DNA of 64,000 bases from Gigantopelta aegis (Eukaryota): positions 67,754-131,753 of the forward strand of contig NW_024532772.1 in assembly GCF_016097555.1 (NCBI RefSeq). Reading direction: 5' to 3'. The translations under genes were made by a program, and so were the position numbers. Each line of letters begins with the position of its first letter. The stretch's first letter is position 1. Of this stretch, positions 48,501-61,734 are shown one piece after another. The notes under the pieces are model-generated. The model searched no databases, was not told the origin of the DNA, and was given only the letters and a program-made list of their open reading frames with translations.

Positions 48501-49671
48501 TCCGTGGTACTGTTGCTGGTGTCCAATTTGATGACTTCCATAAGGTAAGTATCAATCAGTCACTTGTTATATAATGTGTCCTCCTCTTTCTTTGTAGAAT
48601 TCTGCTAGAATTATTCGCTCGTCTGTGTTTGGTTTAGATGATCGTGGAAAAGTCAAAGATCGTTTCTCCTTCCCTGCCAATAATCTTATCATTACAAGTA
48701 TTGATATCCAATCTGTTGAACCTGTTGATCAACGTACTCGTGATGCCCTACAAAAGTCTGTACAATTAGCTATTGAGATCACCACAAACTCACAAGAAGC
48801 TACTGCTCGGTGAGTCAAAGAGACGCATGTATAAATATGACCTCTGTCTCTTTCTTTAGCCATGAGGCTGAACGTTTGGAGCAAAAAGCAAAAGGTGCTT
48901 TGGAAAGACAAAAGATTACTGACGAAGCTGAAGCAGAGAAAGCTCGTAAAGACTTGTTGGAGCTCCAGGCCAAACAGGTCAGGATACTCTTAATAAATTG
49001 TAACTGTTTAGTTTTGTACTCTTGTTATACAGTGCTGCTGTGGAGTCTACTGGTCAGGCCAAAGCTGAGGCTCAGTCTCGTGCTGAGGCTTCAAAGATCG
49101 AGGGTGAGGCTGCTGTAGAGCAAGCTAAGCTAAAAGCACAGGCCTCTAAGATTGAAGCTGTAAGTTAGGACTTACTTAGTATCAAAAAATTTAATCGTTT
49201 CTATCTCTAGGAATCTGAGCTTGAACGTCTCTCGAGGGCACGTGAAGCTGAAATCAAAGTACATCGGAGAACAAAATGAATTAGAGATTTCAAAATCTCG
49301 TGAGCTCTCTGATATTGAAACTTCAAAATTTAAAAAATATGGTTGATGCCATTGGAGCTGATACTATTGCAGCTATTTCTACAGCTGGACCAGAAATGCA
49401 GGTCAGTGGTAACAAAGAACTGTAATAATGATACACTTAATATATTGAAGTATTGATACCAAACTAAGTTTAGTATTTTAGCTATTTTGATCATGTAAAC
49501 TATATTTACTTGACCTTCTCAATTTTATAGGTGAAGATGTTACAAGCTCTTGGTCTACGTTCTACACTCATTACTGACGGAAGTAATCCTATTAATCTGT
49601 TCAATACAGCTCATGGTCTTGTTGGCTCACTTCAAAGTGCTCCGAGAATTATTGAAGAGCCAGAGGATTAA
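45585..49671 (+). CDS. MVP: major vault protein gene (MVP), about 15 coding exons, with several 1-nt frame breaks
   Basis: Approximate exons 45585-45688, 45735-45963, 46031-46148, 46738-46843, 46893-47027, 47097-47220, 47316-47556, 47633-47919, 48051-48346, 48401-48545, 48598-48819, 48858-48967, 49033-49164, 49209-49401, 49532-49671. Peptides match human MVP: [297 protein letters not shown]. Frame breaks near 45686/45735, 45865, 46070 (aaa run), 48086 (aaaa run), 49250 and 49335. Confidence 0.85.
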
Positions 49672-50689
49672 GAGAAGAGACTGATAAAATTTGAAATGGC
49701 TACAAATTAGACAGCCTTTATCTTGTAGGAAGTATGTTTGTTTTAAACCCGTTCTTTTTTAGTTCAAATGACATAATAGAATTTATATTACATTTGTTTA
49801 TGCAAATTTATAGAATCCCTTTTTACAATTAAGAAAAGTGTCTAAATACAATAAAACAGTGTTTGTTTTGTCTCTCTACAATAGCTGGGTCTTTGCTAAG
49901 ACGGAGGAAATATCCCTAAGTCCTCTCCAACGATGACGAACAGCTAATAGAAGTACTTGAACTGATGACTCACCTGGTTTACTACAAATGGACAGATGAA
50001 TAGATCAATGTATCTGTTTGACATATAGACAAACAGATACACACCCATACCTTGATAACCTCATAAATGTAATAGAACCGACCAACCTATCTTCTATTCC
50101 AATTGAAACAAAATCTAATGGATCCATGTTCCTTCTCTCTTTAACTCGAGTCAAAAATCTGTCTCGTTCTTTGTCATAAGTTTTTACTTCTTTTCATTCT
50201 CTTCCTCTTCCTCAGCCCTATAATAAAGAAATAATTAATAAGTTCATCCAATTAATGTCTTACTTACTTACTTGTTATCATTTTATATCATTATATTTAA
50301 TGTTTTGTTAAATTGCTTCTAGTTCCATGTCTGGAAAGCAGCTGAATAGAGAGTTAGCTGCCATGGAGTGAAAGAGATTACATGAATCGATGTGTGGGGA
50401 GACACCACGGATAGGACTCCAGCCATTAGAACTCTCTCTTTTCTCTCTTACTTCATCATCACCATGACCTTTTAAACAATAAAAAATTAATTGATTTTTT
50501 ATTTGTTGTAACATAAAAAAGAGACAATGATACTTTGCATTAGTAATATGAAATTAGCACAATAAAACAAATATTCTGACACAAGCAGACAACTATGCTA
50601 TTTAGTGCCACATTAGCATTAACTTTACTTTGGATTGACTGACATTTCTTGTAGTTTATTTAAAAGTTAAGATTTATTAAAAATAATAA

Positions 50690-51140
50690 TAAAAAACATG
50701 TTGTGTTGCCCAAACGATTCCTACTCGCTCACCCACTCAGGCTTCCACTTAGGCTCCAGGATTCCCTGCTATTGCTAGCTGGGACCGCCACCTGGCTTGG
50801 TAACCCTCGTCTTCGCGAGGTAATCCTGGCTGGAGCATCGCCCTAACTTAAAACCAGCCGTACGGGATTCCAGCTCTTAGGGAATGTCGCATTCAGGAAC
50901 CGGGAACCACAAATACACCAGCCTCTTCTCGTTTAAAAGGGAGACTACCAGCCCTATCCTAGTCGGCCTTTCGGATACTCCGTAGAGTATGCTGGTAACC
51001 ATCTCAGAGGTCTGATGCATTGCAGAACGCTGGCCCACAACACAACCTATCCAAGGTGGTTTTCATTTCCTTTTATATGTACTGCAGATTTTGTCTTCAG
51101 TCTCTTGTGGGGCGGCTCTGTGTACGCTTATGAATCTCAT
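50690..51140. other. ~450-bp GC-rich, CpG-rich, ORF-free island in AT-rich surroundings. Candidate structured ncRNA or SINE
   Basis: There is a compositional jump (tcgtcttcgcgagg, ccgtacgggattcc, ggcctttcggatactccgtagag) and the duplicated motif gggattcc/ggaatccc. No ORF of 60 aa or more lies between 50514 and 52278. Confidence 0.3.
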
Positions 51141-51639
51141 TAACGGTACCGATGAATATGATTACTATCATCGATGAACTAAAAAGACTGTTGAAAATTA
51201 GTTCTACTTAAGCAAACTAGAACAACATTACTAATTATAATAATCTTTATCATATCTTAATTTTATAGGGCTTAAAAAAATAAAAATCATTACCTAAAAC
51301 ATTCTTCGTTATCTAAATTTATAACAGCTCCTTTAGTTCTTCAAGTCCTCCAGCTTTGGATAACTTTCTTCAGTTAATGGCTATTGACTTACCTTGTCGT
51401 AGCTATAATTAGCTAATTATATAGGGTCAACCTAAGACTGTTTTATATAACAACAGTTAATACAGAAATGGACATTCATAATTTTATGTCTCAATTTTAT
51501 AAGAAGTGGTGGCATAATCTTTAAGCTTTTAAAAAGTTGCAATGGTACATCGAGAAGCCAGATAAATAATAAGTTATAGGACAAAGTTAAAAATACCAGT
51601 CAAACAGGTTTTGGATATAATAAATCTATATTATCAGTA

Positions 51640-51930
51640 GCAACAAGGGACAGGGGTCAACTCCCTTCTGGAAGTGGAGATAAGGAAAGAGGTGAAGCTC
51701 CATTTTATCTCTCTTTAGTAGGTGTAAGTCCTTCAGGTACTTCTAATATTAACTTCTCAATTGTACACATATCTTGTGAAGGGACAATGTCCTGATCTTG
51801 GTAGTTTGATGCCTTTCCCATTATGATGTCTGTATACACTTGAATGACCTGAAATCATTTCTTCAGACTGACCATATAGTATAGTTGTAGTATTCACCTC
51901 AGTTACAACCAAGACTTTGAAACATGGTGG
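51640..51930 (-). CDS. terminal exons of an unidentified minus-strand gene
   Basis: ..PCFKVLVVTE | VIQVYTDIIMGKASNYQDQDIVPSQDMCTIEKLILEVPEGLTPTKERDKMELHLFPYLHFQKGVDPCPLLLLIIDLLYPKPV*. Acceptor aatgatttcag, donor GTGAAT. Confidence 0.3.
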
Positions 51931-52715
51931 AGTGAGTAGTCATCAAAAAGTAAATTATTCTTAATAGAAGGGGTAATTATATGTAATTATATGTATACCT
52001 ATGTTACTGGTGATTGATTGTACAAAATACAATTTTGCACATACATTACTGTTACTGATATAGAACTATTAAGTATTGTTTTCTGTGGAGTGTATAATGA
52101 AGAGTAGTGTCTATTCTGATATTTCACTATCCCACAAGTTTATAAATGGCAGTGCCTTTTAATGTAGTTTTCTGAATGCGATACATACATTGTTAATATA
52201 CAGATGTATGTGTTAGCTACATACATCTTATCTAATGTTTTTATACCTGTACTTGAACAACTGGACACTCAGTTCTATTAAACATAACAATTGATGTCGT
52301 AAATGTTATTTGTTACAATATGTTTGACTAATGATGTTGAAGTCTTTAAGATGTGAATACATAAAAGCAGTAGTGAATTAATGATATATAAGGGGTTAAA
52401 ATCACTAGGTGGAGTTATATACACAACTAATGGAGCAAAAGGTTTATGGCAAAGACAAATGGTACCATGGATTAGAGGTATAGGTGGTTTACTATGGTAA
52501 CAGTATATATGGTTACAGGATGTTAACATAGTCATAGGAAGTAGAAAGGTATACATTAAATTATTGTTATTACATGTGTAGTTACAATGAGTATACTATA
52601 TATGTTGTTTGTATTAGTCTTGTCATTAGATTTTTTTAAAGTTGAAGGAAATTTAGAATTTATTACAAAATACACATTGCTGTGTTTGTTGTCGGTTAAT
52701 TCACTCCACCCACAC

Positions 52716-54380
52716 TGAACCTTTAACTATCTTTTTTAAATCGATCTATCTTAAAGTATGACAGATCATAAGATGGTGGTAACTCCAGAGTTAATTCAGT
52801 GAGTATCTTGCCTACAACTGGACCTAATTTAAAACCATGTCCTGTAATTAAAGGGTTAAAATTAACTGTCCAGTTTGACCGTTATTTTACCTGAAAATCC
52901 AGCTCCTATAATATATTAGGATGGTTTGGGTGTCTGTCCAAGAATGGGTTTTTTGTCTGACTATAGAACATAGAAATTAAATTAACTCCTTCCTATACAC
53001 ATATTCTCACTGTCATTGTGTACATGCAGAATTCCATTATAGCAGGTTCACTAGAAACCACACCCTTAAAATGATCTTTAACAAATTGTGACGTAATCTT
53101 AAAAGAGTAGCTGTCAGGACTGGCATCACGACTATCAGGATCAACGTCAGGACCATGATGTAGACAAACCTAATATAATATAACTATATGATATTAATAT
53201 TCATTAAAATGTCATATTATAGGCTCAATCCCATACTCCATATTATGTACAATACCATAGGCTCAATCTCATACTCCAAATTATGTACAATACCATAGGC
53301 TCAATCCCATATTCCATATTATGTACAAAACCATAGGCTCAATCCCATACTCCATATTATGTACAATACCATAGGCTCAATCCCATACTCCATATTATGT
53401 ACAATACCATAGGCAATCCCATATTCCATATTATGTACAATACCATAGGCTCAATTCATACTCCATATTATGTACAATACATAGGCTCAATCCCATACTC
53501 CATATTATGTACAATACCATAGGCTCAATCTCATACTCCAAATTATGTACAATACCATAGGCTCAATCCCATATTCCATATTATGTACAAAACCATAGGC
53601 TCAATCCCATACTCCATATTATGTACAATACCATAGGCTCAATCCCATATTCCATATTATGTACAATACATAGGCTCAATCCCATACTCCATATTATGTA
53701 CAATACCATAGGCTCAATCCCATACTCTATATTATGTACAATACCATAGGCTCAATCCCATACTCCATATTATGTACAATACCATAGGCTCAATCCCATA
53801 CTCTATATTATGTACAATACCATAGGCTCAATCCCATACTCCATATTATGTACAATACCATAGGCTCAATCCCATACTCTATATTATGTCCCATACAATT
53901 CCATACTCCACAACACACTCATTATTTCATATTACAATAATACCATAGTCTGCTCTAGTTACGCCATACTACAATCCTCAGGCTCATTCCCATTATTCCA
54001 TACCTTTAAAAGCCCAGGATACTCATATATAGGAAGACCATAAAATTCAGTCTTGTTGATAGACTTGCAAATAAAAGTTGGAAACTCATTGGCAGAGAAG
54101 ATCTTTGGATCCTCAGTTTGCCAATATAGAACTTCTGTTCTTATTGGCTATTGGAGACATACTGTTAGTACGAATGTATGTATATCGTTGTTACCTGAAG
54201 TGGTAATGTTAATCCAGTGAGTGTTGTTAATTTATTAGTCCATGCTCCAGCTGTTAAGATTAGTCTCTTAGTTTTAAAGTTGTTACCTCTCTCAGTTTGA
54301 ACAGTGATAATATCTCCTGGAATTATATCAGTAACTTTATGATTGTCTAATAGTTGACCTCCATGTTGAATAAAAAGATC

Positions 54381-54435
<55 letters not shown>

Positions 54436-55109
54436 AGAGATACAGAGGTCATTTTTTACGACCTGTATTGTAGCAACAGCTTTACTAGCTCGTAGTACTC
54501 CACCATGTTCCTCAAAGACACAGGTATAGTCATTAGGAAGTTGTAACTGATGAGTATATTTCAAGTTAGCTTCTTCACCAGATAGAACTTGATGTGGTGT
54601 GTTGTTAGCTTCTAATGACTTAATAAAATGATCAACATCACTGCCTCCAAATATGATGGTACCAGTTTTACTGACGGAAGAGAGAGAGAATGAAAAGCAG
54701 AGAGACAAAGACATATTTAACTTACACAAACAAGGTGTTGTTCCAGATTTAATCTCAATTTCTGACCACATTTTGAAAGCTTCATCCATCATTTTAACAT
54801 AATAACTTTGATGATAAGCTTTCCTTGTAATACGTGATCCGCCATGAGAAACTACCACGTACATGACCTCTATCAAACTAAGAATAGAAACATATTTTAG
54901 TGACTATAATTCTGTCTATTCTAGTCTCATTTCTATAATATTCTAATATCTATGTTCCTAGTCTCCTTGGGACTATTTATTTCCTTACTTGTTCCAAGAG
55001 CAGTACATTTTGTGTACCTCTAGAAGTAAGGTAGTAAGCAGTAGAACTTCCCTCTATACCAGCTCCAATAATAATGACATCATAAACACTAGATTCCATC
55101 TCTAGAGAC
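52716..55109 (-). CDS. PIPOX: peroxisomal sarcosine oxidase / L-pipecolate oxidase-like (MSOX family, FAD-dependent), copy A, about 8 exons. Appears intact
   Basis: First exon 55109-54989 [37 protein letters not shown] (GxGxxG). Then [76 protein letters not shown]...[10 protein letters not shown]. Last exon ..[40 protein letters not shown]. Introns contain (GA)n/(CT)n microsatellites. Confidence 0.75.
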
Positions 55110-55152
55110 AAATTGTTCTAAATGATATGTGTGTATGTTAACAAAAATTATA

Positions 55153-57250
55153 ATATTATTTCAAAGTTACTTTAAATCGATCTATCCTGAAGTATGACAG
55201 ATCATATGATAGTGGTAATTCCAGAGCTAATTCAGTGAGTATCTTGCCTACAACTGGACCTAACTTAAAACCATGTCCTGTAATAAAGGATTAATTAAAA
55301 AAACAACCATTTTGGTATGGGTTCACCTGAAAATCCAGCTCCAATAATAATATTAGGATGGTTTGGGTGTCTGTCCAGGAATGGGTCTCTGTATGGCTAC
55401 AGGATTACATGTACATGGTACATATAGTTACATATACCCCACTTACAGTATATGTGTTATGCAAGTTTCATATATTGCAGGTTCTGAGAACACCACACTT
55501 TTAAAATGACCTTTGATAAACTTAGACACAGACTTCCACGTGTATGAACTAGGATTATAATCTCGAGCATCAGGATCAATTTTTGGTAAGTATCTCCACA
55601 AACCTAAGGAGTAATATTGCAGAGTACAATGGACTCATTTCCATACCTTGAAAAGACCAGGATATTCAAATATCGGTTGTCCATAAATCTCTAATGTTTA
55701 GACTTATATGCAAAAACTGGAAACTCATTGGCAGAAAATACTTTTGGGTTTTCAGTATTCCAATAAAGAACTTCTGCTTTATAAGGCTAAGAGAGAGAGA
55801 GAGAGAAAGATAACAATATTAGTTGTATATCATTGTTACCTGAAGTGGTAATGTAATCCAGTGAGTTTTATTATTATTATTAGTCCATGCTCCAGCTGTT
55901 AAGATTAGTCTCTTAGTTTTAAAGTTGTTACCTCTCTCAGTTTGAACAGTGATAATATCTCCTGGAATTATATCAGTAACTTTATGATTGTCTAACAGTT
56001 GACCTCCATGTTGAATAAAAAGATCCTGAGAGAGAGAGAGAGAGTTAGAGATACAGAGGTCATTTTTACTGACCTGTATTGTAGCAACAGCTTTACTAGC
56101 TCGTAGTATTCCACCATATTCCTCAAAGACACAGGTATAGTCATTAGGGAAGTTGTAACTGATGAGGATATTTCAAGTTAGCTTCTTCACCAGATAGAAC
56201 TTGATGTGTGTGTTGTTAGCTTCTAATGACTTAATGTATGACCAACTATTTCACCATCACCAAATACAGTAATACCAGTTTGTCTGAGAGAGAGAGAGAG
56301 AGAGAGTAACATTAAATTTAGTATAATTTTGTTAATAAACCCCACAATCTCTTTCTCTAGTTAAAGCATAGGGGTGGAGCTTATGTAATAACTACTGGGT
56401 ACTATAAAGATATCCGTAAGGGTACAAATTTTCGAGGGTTTAAATTTTCGTGTTTTTTAAATTTGCTTTATTATTTAAATTTCGTGGGTATTAATTTTCG
56501 TGTTTAGTGGGTGTGAAGTATTAATTAATGGGTGTGGTGTCAGACACAGTGTTGTGTTAACACAAGCGTGATTTTCCCGAAGTATGGCTACGTATTCCAA
56601 TTAAATCCATGGTGAGAGGGTACCATGTATACAAGAAAATCTGGGAGGCAGTTGATGGAGAGTACTTCAGTGTAAAATAGAAAGAAGTAACCCTTTACAG
56701 TAGCCGTTATTTACACGCTTATTGAGATCACGTGATTATGCGTGGGTGGAATAAAAGTTAAATTTCGTGTTAAAACAACAACCCACGAATATAGCGAAAA
56801 TAAATCCCCCCACGAAAATTTATACCCTTACGTATAGCAAAGGTCAACATTAAAGGTATGTGACTTACTGGTATAGCTGATTTCCTGATTTGATCTCAAT
56901 TTCTGACCACATTTGAAAGCTTCATCCATCATTTTAACATAATAACTTTGATGATAAGCTTTCCTTGTAATACGTGATCCACCATGAGAACTACCACGTA
57001 CATGACCTCTATCAAACTAAGAATAGAAACACATTTTAGTGACTCTATAATTCTGTCTATTCTAGTCTCATTTCCATGATATTCTAATATCTATGTTCCC
57101 ATTCTTCTTGGGAATGAGACTATTTATTTTCCTTACTTGTTCCAAGAGCAGTACATTTTGTGTACCTCTAGAAAGTAAGGTAGTGAGCAGTAGAAACTTC
57201 CCTCTATACCAGCTCAATAATAATGACATCATAAACACTAGAAGAAATAG
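55153..57250 (-). pseudogene. PIPOX: PIPOX-like copy B: near-identical tandem duplicate of copy A with a lost start codon, indels in the FAD motif and a MITE insertion
   Basis: 55700-56100 is about 95% identical to 54050-54460. The first-exon remnant at 57140-57250 reads [19 protein letters not shown]... with no ATG. Confidence 0.55.
56415..56832. mobile_element. ~418-bp MITE-like insertion with 20-bp terminal inverted repeats (1 mismatch) and subterminal AAATTTTCGTG repeats
   Basis: Left end cgtaagggtacaaattttcg. Right end cgaaaatttatacccttacg, whose reverse complement is cgtaagggtataaattttcg. Absent from the equivalent intron of copy A. Confidence 0.6.
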
Positions 57251-57492
57251 TGCCTGCACTGGTAGACATTTTAAGCAGTGATATCAGCTGATTTTTATGA
57301 ATGCTAACTCCTCAATTACAATTGTTGATATGTAATATATATACATCTGATATTAGGTAATTACTCGTGTGGGATTTAAGAAATACTTATAAACAAATAA
57401 ATAAAACATCTATGATAATATAAATATGCTCTAATATCTATGATGAATAGTGATATAGGAATATTAATAATTAAAACTCGGGACAATTTGTC

Positions 57493-59400
57493 ATGGCTGT
57501 TAGTGATAAATTAGGTTTTGTTATGTATGATGTTATTATTATTGGTGCTGGTATAGAAGGTAGTGCTGCTGCTTACTACCTTACATCAAAATCCAACAAG
57601 AAAGTTCTTCTTTTGGAGCAAGTGAGCTATCTCTCTCTCATATATTTCCATCTATATTGTTTTCAGTTTGAGGTACTACACACTCGTGGTAGTTCTCATG
57701 GAGCCTCTAGGATAACGTCGATTAGCTTACAATGAAGCTATTTATGTTAATATTATGAAGGAGGCTTACCAGTTATGGGAGGAGATAGAAAAGAAATCAC
57801 AACGTCAAACTTTACTGGTACATCTCATTGTACATGATGTCTTTATTGTAACTAGTCATATTCATCTATTCATCCATCTGTCCATTATACACATGTCTAT
57901 TTGTCCATTTACCAACCATCCATCCATCCAACCATCCTTTATATGGTTTCTTCAAATAGGAAGACAGGAATATTGGCTCTAGGCAAAGCTACTGACTCTT
58001 CAATAGACTTATATCATAATTCCTTAGATTTGAATGGAGTACCGCACATAAAGTCCTTACTGGGAGAGAAGCCAAGAAACTCTATTCTTGTCAACTGAGT
58101 ATTCCTGATGATAACAGGTGTATTTTTGAACCAAATGGAGGTGTATTAAAAGCCTCCAAGGCTTTGAGAACTTTACAGGTATTTAAGGATATTACACATA
58201 TTTATTTTGACAATCATAATTTATAATTATTATTTTTATTATAATACAGGAGTTGTTTCTACAACAAGGGGGTTGTCTCCTTGACAACCATCAGGTCACC
58301 AAGTTAATTCCTGGAGCAGTTGTTTACCGCTGTGACTGATAAAGGTAGTTTTCAAGCATGGAATGTGATCTTAACAACTGGTGCTTGGACAAACAGGATA
58401 CTGAATCAACTGGACTAACATTACAATGAAAGTATGGGAGAAGAACACTAACATTCTGTCTATTTATCCATCCATCCATATATCTATCTGTCCATCCATC
58501 CATGTATCTATTTACTTATGACATATAGAGCTGAAGTTCTTTTATTTTAAAGTTGATGAACCAGATGCTTTCTCAGCTGACAATTTCCCTGTCTTTCTAA
58601 ACTGCACATCCACCTGTTACTAATGTACCATCTATATATGGGACACCAATATTGGAAATATCCTGGACTACTAAAAGTAAGGTCATCACATGTAAAGTAT
58701 CTTTTTTATTTGTTATGGTTTACATGTAAAGTATCTGTTTACTTGTTATGTTTACAGGTAAAGTATATCAATTGTTTACTTGTTATTTTACATGTAAAGT
58801 ATCTTTTTTACTTGTTATGTTTACACGTAAAGTATCTTGTTTACTTGTTTGTTTACACATAAAGTATCTTGTTTACTTGTCACATGTCATCTATTCTTGT
58901 AGCAAACACATGTTCTGTTATTAAAAATTAATGATATACTTTCTCAGGTTTGTCAGTTTTTTGGAGATGACAAAGAGATTGATCCTGAGACCAGAGATTC
59001 CATTCCTCAGAGTTTGACTCTTGAACGAATTAAAGAATTCATCAAGAATCATTTCAAAGGAGTGAGCACTGAACCTGCTATTTTTGAGCTATGTCTCTAT
59101 GCAGATACTGTGAGTTGGTCTCATTCTATTTTCAGATTTTTGTTCAAGATTTCCATTCTCATATTTCCGTTCATGTATCTTTTTCTTCTTTATAGCCAGA
59201 TAACAATCCCTACATTGACAGACATCCTAAATATTCAAATATCATCGTAGGAGCAGGATTTTCTCATGGTTTTAAGATGGCTCCTGTTATCGGCAAGTTA
59301 TTAAGTGAACTGGTACTGAATTTGTTACCATCTTATGACCTGACACCTTTTAAGGTTGACCGCTTACAAGACCCCCAAGGCAGGATTGTGAGAAATTTTA
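57493..59400 (+). CDS. PIPOX: PIPOX-like copy C on the opposite strand, about 7 exons, with several frame breaks
   Basis: [43 protein letters not shown] (57493-57623). [17 protein letters not shown] / [31 protein letters not shown]. ..[44 protein letters not shown].. ..[91 protein letters not shown]. Confidence 0.65.
58690..58900. repeat. ~31-bp minisatellite x6 in an intron of copy C
   Basis: ttacatgtaaagtatcttgtttacttgttatg repeated. ORF 58623-58862 is its translation. Confidence 0.85.
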
Positions 59401-60399
59401 AACTTTATTGTATTTGTAAAGTCTATTATTGTCATTTAAAACTTTATAATGTTTTTGTTTTTTCTTCTTTAATTGATACTACATTTGACGGTATTATTTA
59501 CTAATTAATCATCATTAATGGGCGTGGTAGATAGAGAGACACAAAGAGATCACAGGAGGAATAAATAATTTATTTCTAGCTAATTACATGTTTCATCATT
59601 GTCATATACAAATATAGACAAGTCCTACAAGTATAAAACAAATGTAGTTATACAATAGATAATAGCCCATCTATTCTATTGTTATACATACATATATCTA
59701 AATGTACATGTATATGTTTGTTTAGTATTAAGTAAACTAATATCTTTGGAGCAATCCAATATAATATATGTTATTATAATATATTATTATAATTGTAGAA
59801 CTGTGTGTGTGTAGAGATTGATATCTTAATGTGTGTTATCACTTACTTATCTATATCTATTTCTTCATAACAATTGTTCTTTAATCTACTAAATAATTTT
59901 ACAATACAATTAAAACAACAAAATAGGTAAAAAATTACTCAATTACTCAATCCATCCATCCATCAATTTTTACCATTCTAGTCCAGTTCTAGTTAAAGTA
60001 GTATATAGTATATTGGCATAGTAGTTATGCGATCATTCCATACTTTGTGGCTGGAGTATTTCTAAAAGTAACAGTTAGTTCTGTAAATAAATATTAAAAT
60101 ATACTGTCCAGTTAATTAAGTAAAGATTAAGCATTATAACTTGTAATTGTATCAATAATAAAATACTTTAGATATTAATAATTATAAATAATTCCCTTGA
60201 TTTAATAAGAAACACTAGGTATCTATCTACTGAGAGAGGTTTACTAATAAACACAAAATATCTCTCTATTTCCTAGGTTTGATTTGGTGGTACGAGTGGG
60301 CTAGCTTGGGTTTGCTCAAAATTGGTTAAAACAATGCTTACAGGAAATAGGGCAAGTCTATTTCTTGTAGAAACCTTTAATCTTATGTCTAATCTATTA

Positions 60400-60700
60400 A
60401 TGATATTAATTCTAAACTGATCAGATTTTAGTGAGCACTGATCTTATAAGGCAATATACTAGAGTCTATTTCTTGTAGAATGACTAATTTTAATACAGTA
60501 GTAATTCTAGTAGCTGATCAAACGTCAAAGTTCAATTCTACTATAGTACTTGTTCTGGTAGTTGGCCGAAGGTCAATTCTAGTACAGTAATAGTTCTAGT
60601 ACGTGGACGAACATCAAAATTCAATTCTGCTATAGCACATGTTCTAGTAATTGGTCAAACGTGTAGTACTACATAGTACCAATACTAGGACACTAATATA
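60400..60700. repeat. ~60-bp tandem repeat, about 4 units
   Basis: gatcaaacgtcaaagttcaattctactatagtacttgttctggtagttggccgaaggtcaattctagtacagtaatagttctagtacgtggacgaacatcaaaattcaattctgctatagcac. Confidence 0.6.
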
Positions 60701-60849
60701 TAGTGATAGTCATGTGACTTTATACAAACAATGCCTTTGGAATATTGGTATCAATTCTAACAAGTTATATTGAGATGACCAAACTAGTTATCCTAGAAAT
60801 ATCAACATAATAGTCAAATAAGTCCATATATGGTATAGTTCTAGTATTT

Positions 60850-60895
60850 TCTACTAAAATAAAAATAAAAATAAAAATAAAAATACTAAAATTAT
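60850..60895. repeat. (AAAAAT)n microsatellite
   Basis: aaaataaaaataaaaataaaaataaaaatactaaaat. Confidence 0.8.
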
Positions 60896-60949
60896 ATTTA
60901 GTCTAATATCAATATTAGAACAAACACTTTAGTATTCTATTTATTATAT

Positions 60950-61080
60950 ATTATAAGTAATATTATATATATAGTGTATAGGTGTATTATATAACATAGT
61001 GTATTATATAATATATTGTATAGTGTGTATTATATATTATAGTATATATGTGGATTATATATTATAGTGTGTACTACATG
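60950..61080. repeat. low-complexity (TGTATTATATA)n-like repeat
   Basis: gtgtattatataa / tagtgtgtattatatattatag repeated. Confidence 0.6.
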
Positions 61081-61734
61081 TAGTGAAAAATTACACAAAG
61101 AGATTTAATTTAAATAATAATTACTCACTCTTACTTAAAGATATCTGATATAATATTGAGATCTTTCTAAGTTATTGAACATCTGTCATCCTTAAAAAGA
61201 AATATTAGTTCAGCTGGTCCATCCATTTTTTCAATTAATCTATCCATCCATTAACTCATCATCCATTAATCTATCCATGCCATCAATCATTCATCCATTT
61301 TCACTCACTAGATACCAATCTGCAAACCTAATATTTAACCCTATCTACACACGCGCGTGGTAGAATAATTAACTCCTAGTATGTGCAGTTGACTGAAGGG
61401 TCAAGAAAATTTAATAAATTTTCCCCAAATCACACACACACACATGATAGGAACTTAATAAGGTAATATTTAATTATAAAAAATTATCAAAATTATTATA
61501 AATGATTATTACAGATGACGGTGGTTGCCAAAGGTAAGGATTGAATTACAACATTCAAATTTAACAATCATATAGAAACTAACTATTGACAGTTACTTTT
61601 AAGAACTGGTCTCAGTCTCCTTAACATCGGAACCAGTCTCTTTATCACTTGATTTAGTCTCAGACATAGTGACTCAGACTCACTGCAAGAAGGCACAGAC
61701 TCATCTCTTCATCACCAAGCTTAGCTTTAGGACA

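Noticed and set aside
8470-49340. Widespread programmed ribosomal frameshifting or RNA editing as the cause of the frame breaks
   Set aside because: Breaks run in both directions (+1 and -1) and are not tied to a shared slippery or stop motif. They also occur inside intron-containing metazoan genes, so homopolymer indel error is far more parsimonious.
5017-58862. ORFs 5017-5202, 6838-7038, 37630-37860, 44264-44467, 54165-54452 (part) and 58623-58862
   Set aside because: They are translations of tandem repeats or microsatellites (LSLSLS.., IIIIII.., repeated peptide units), not genes.
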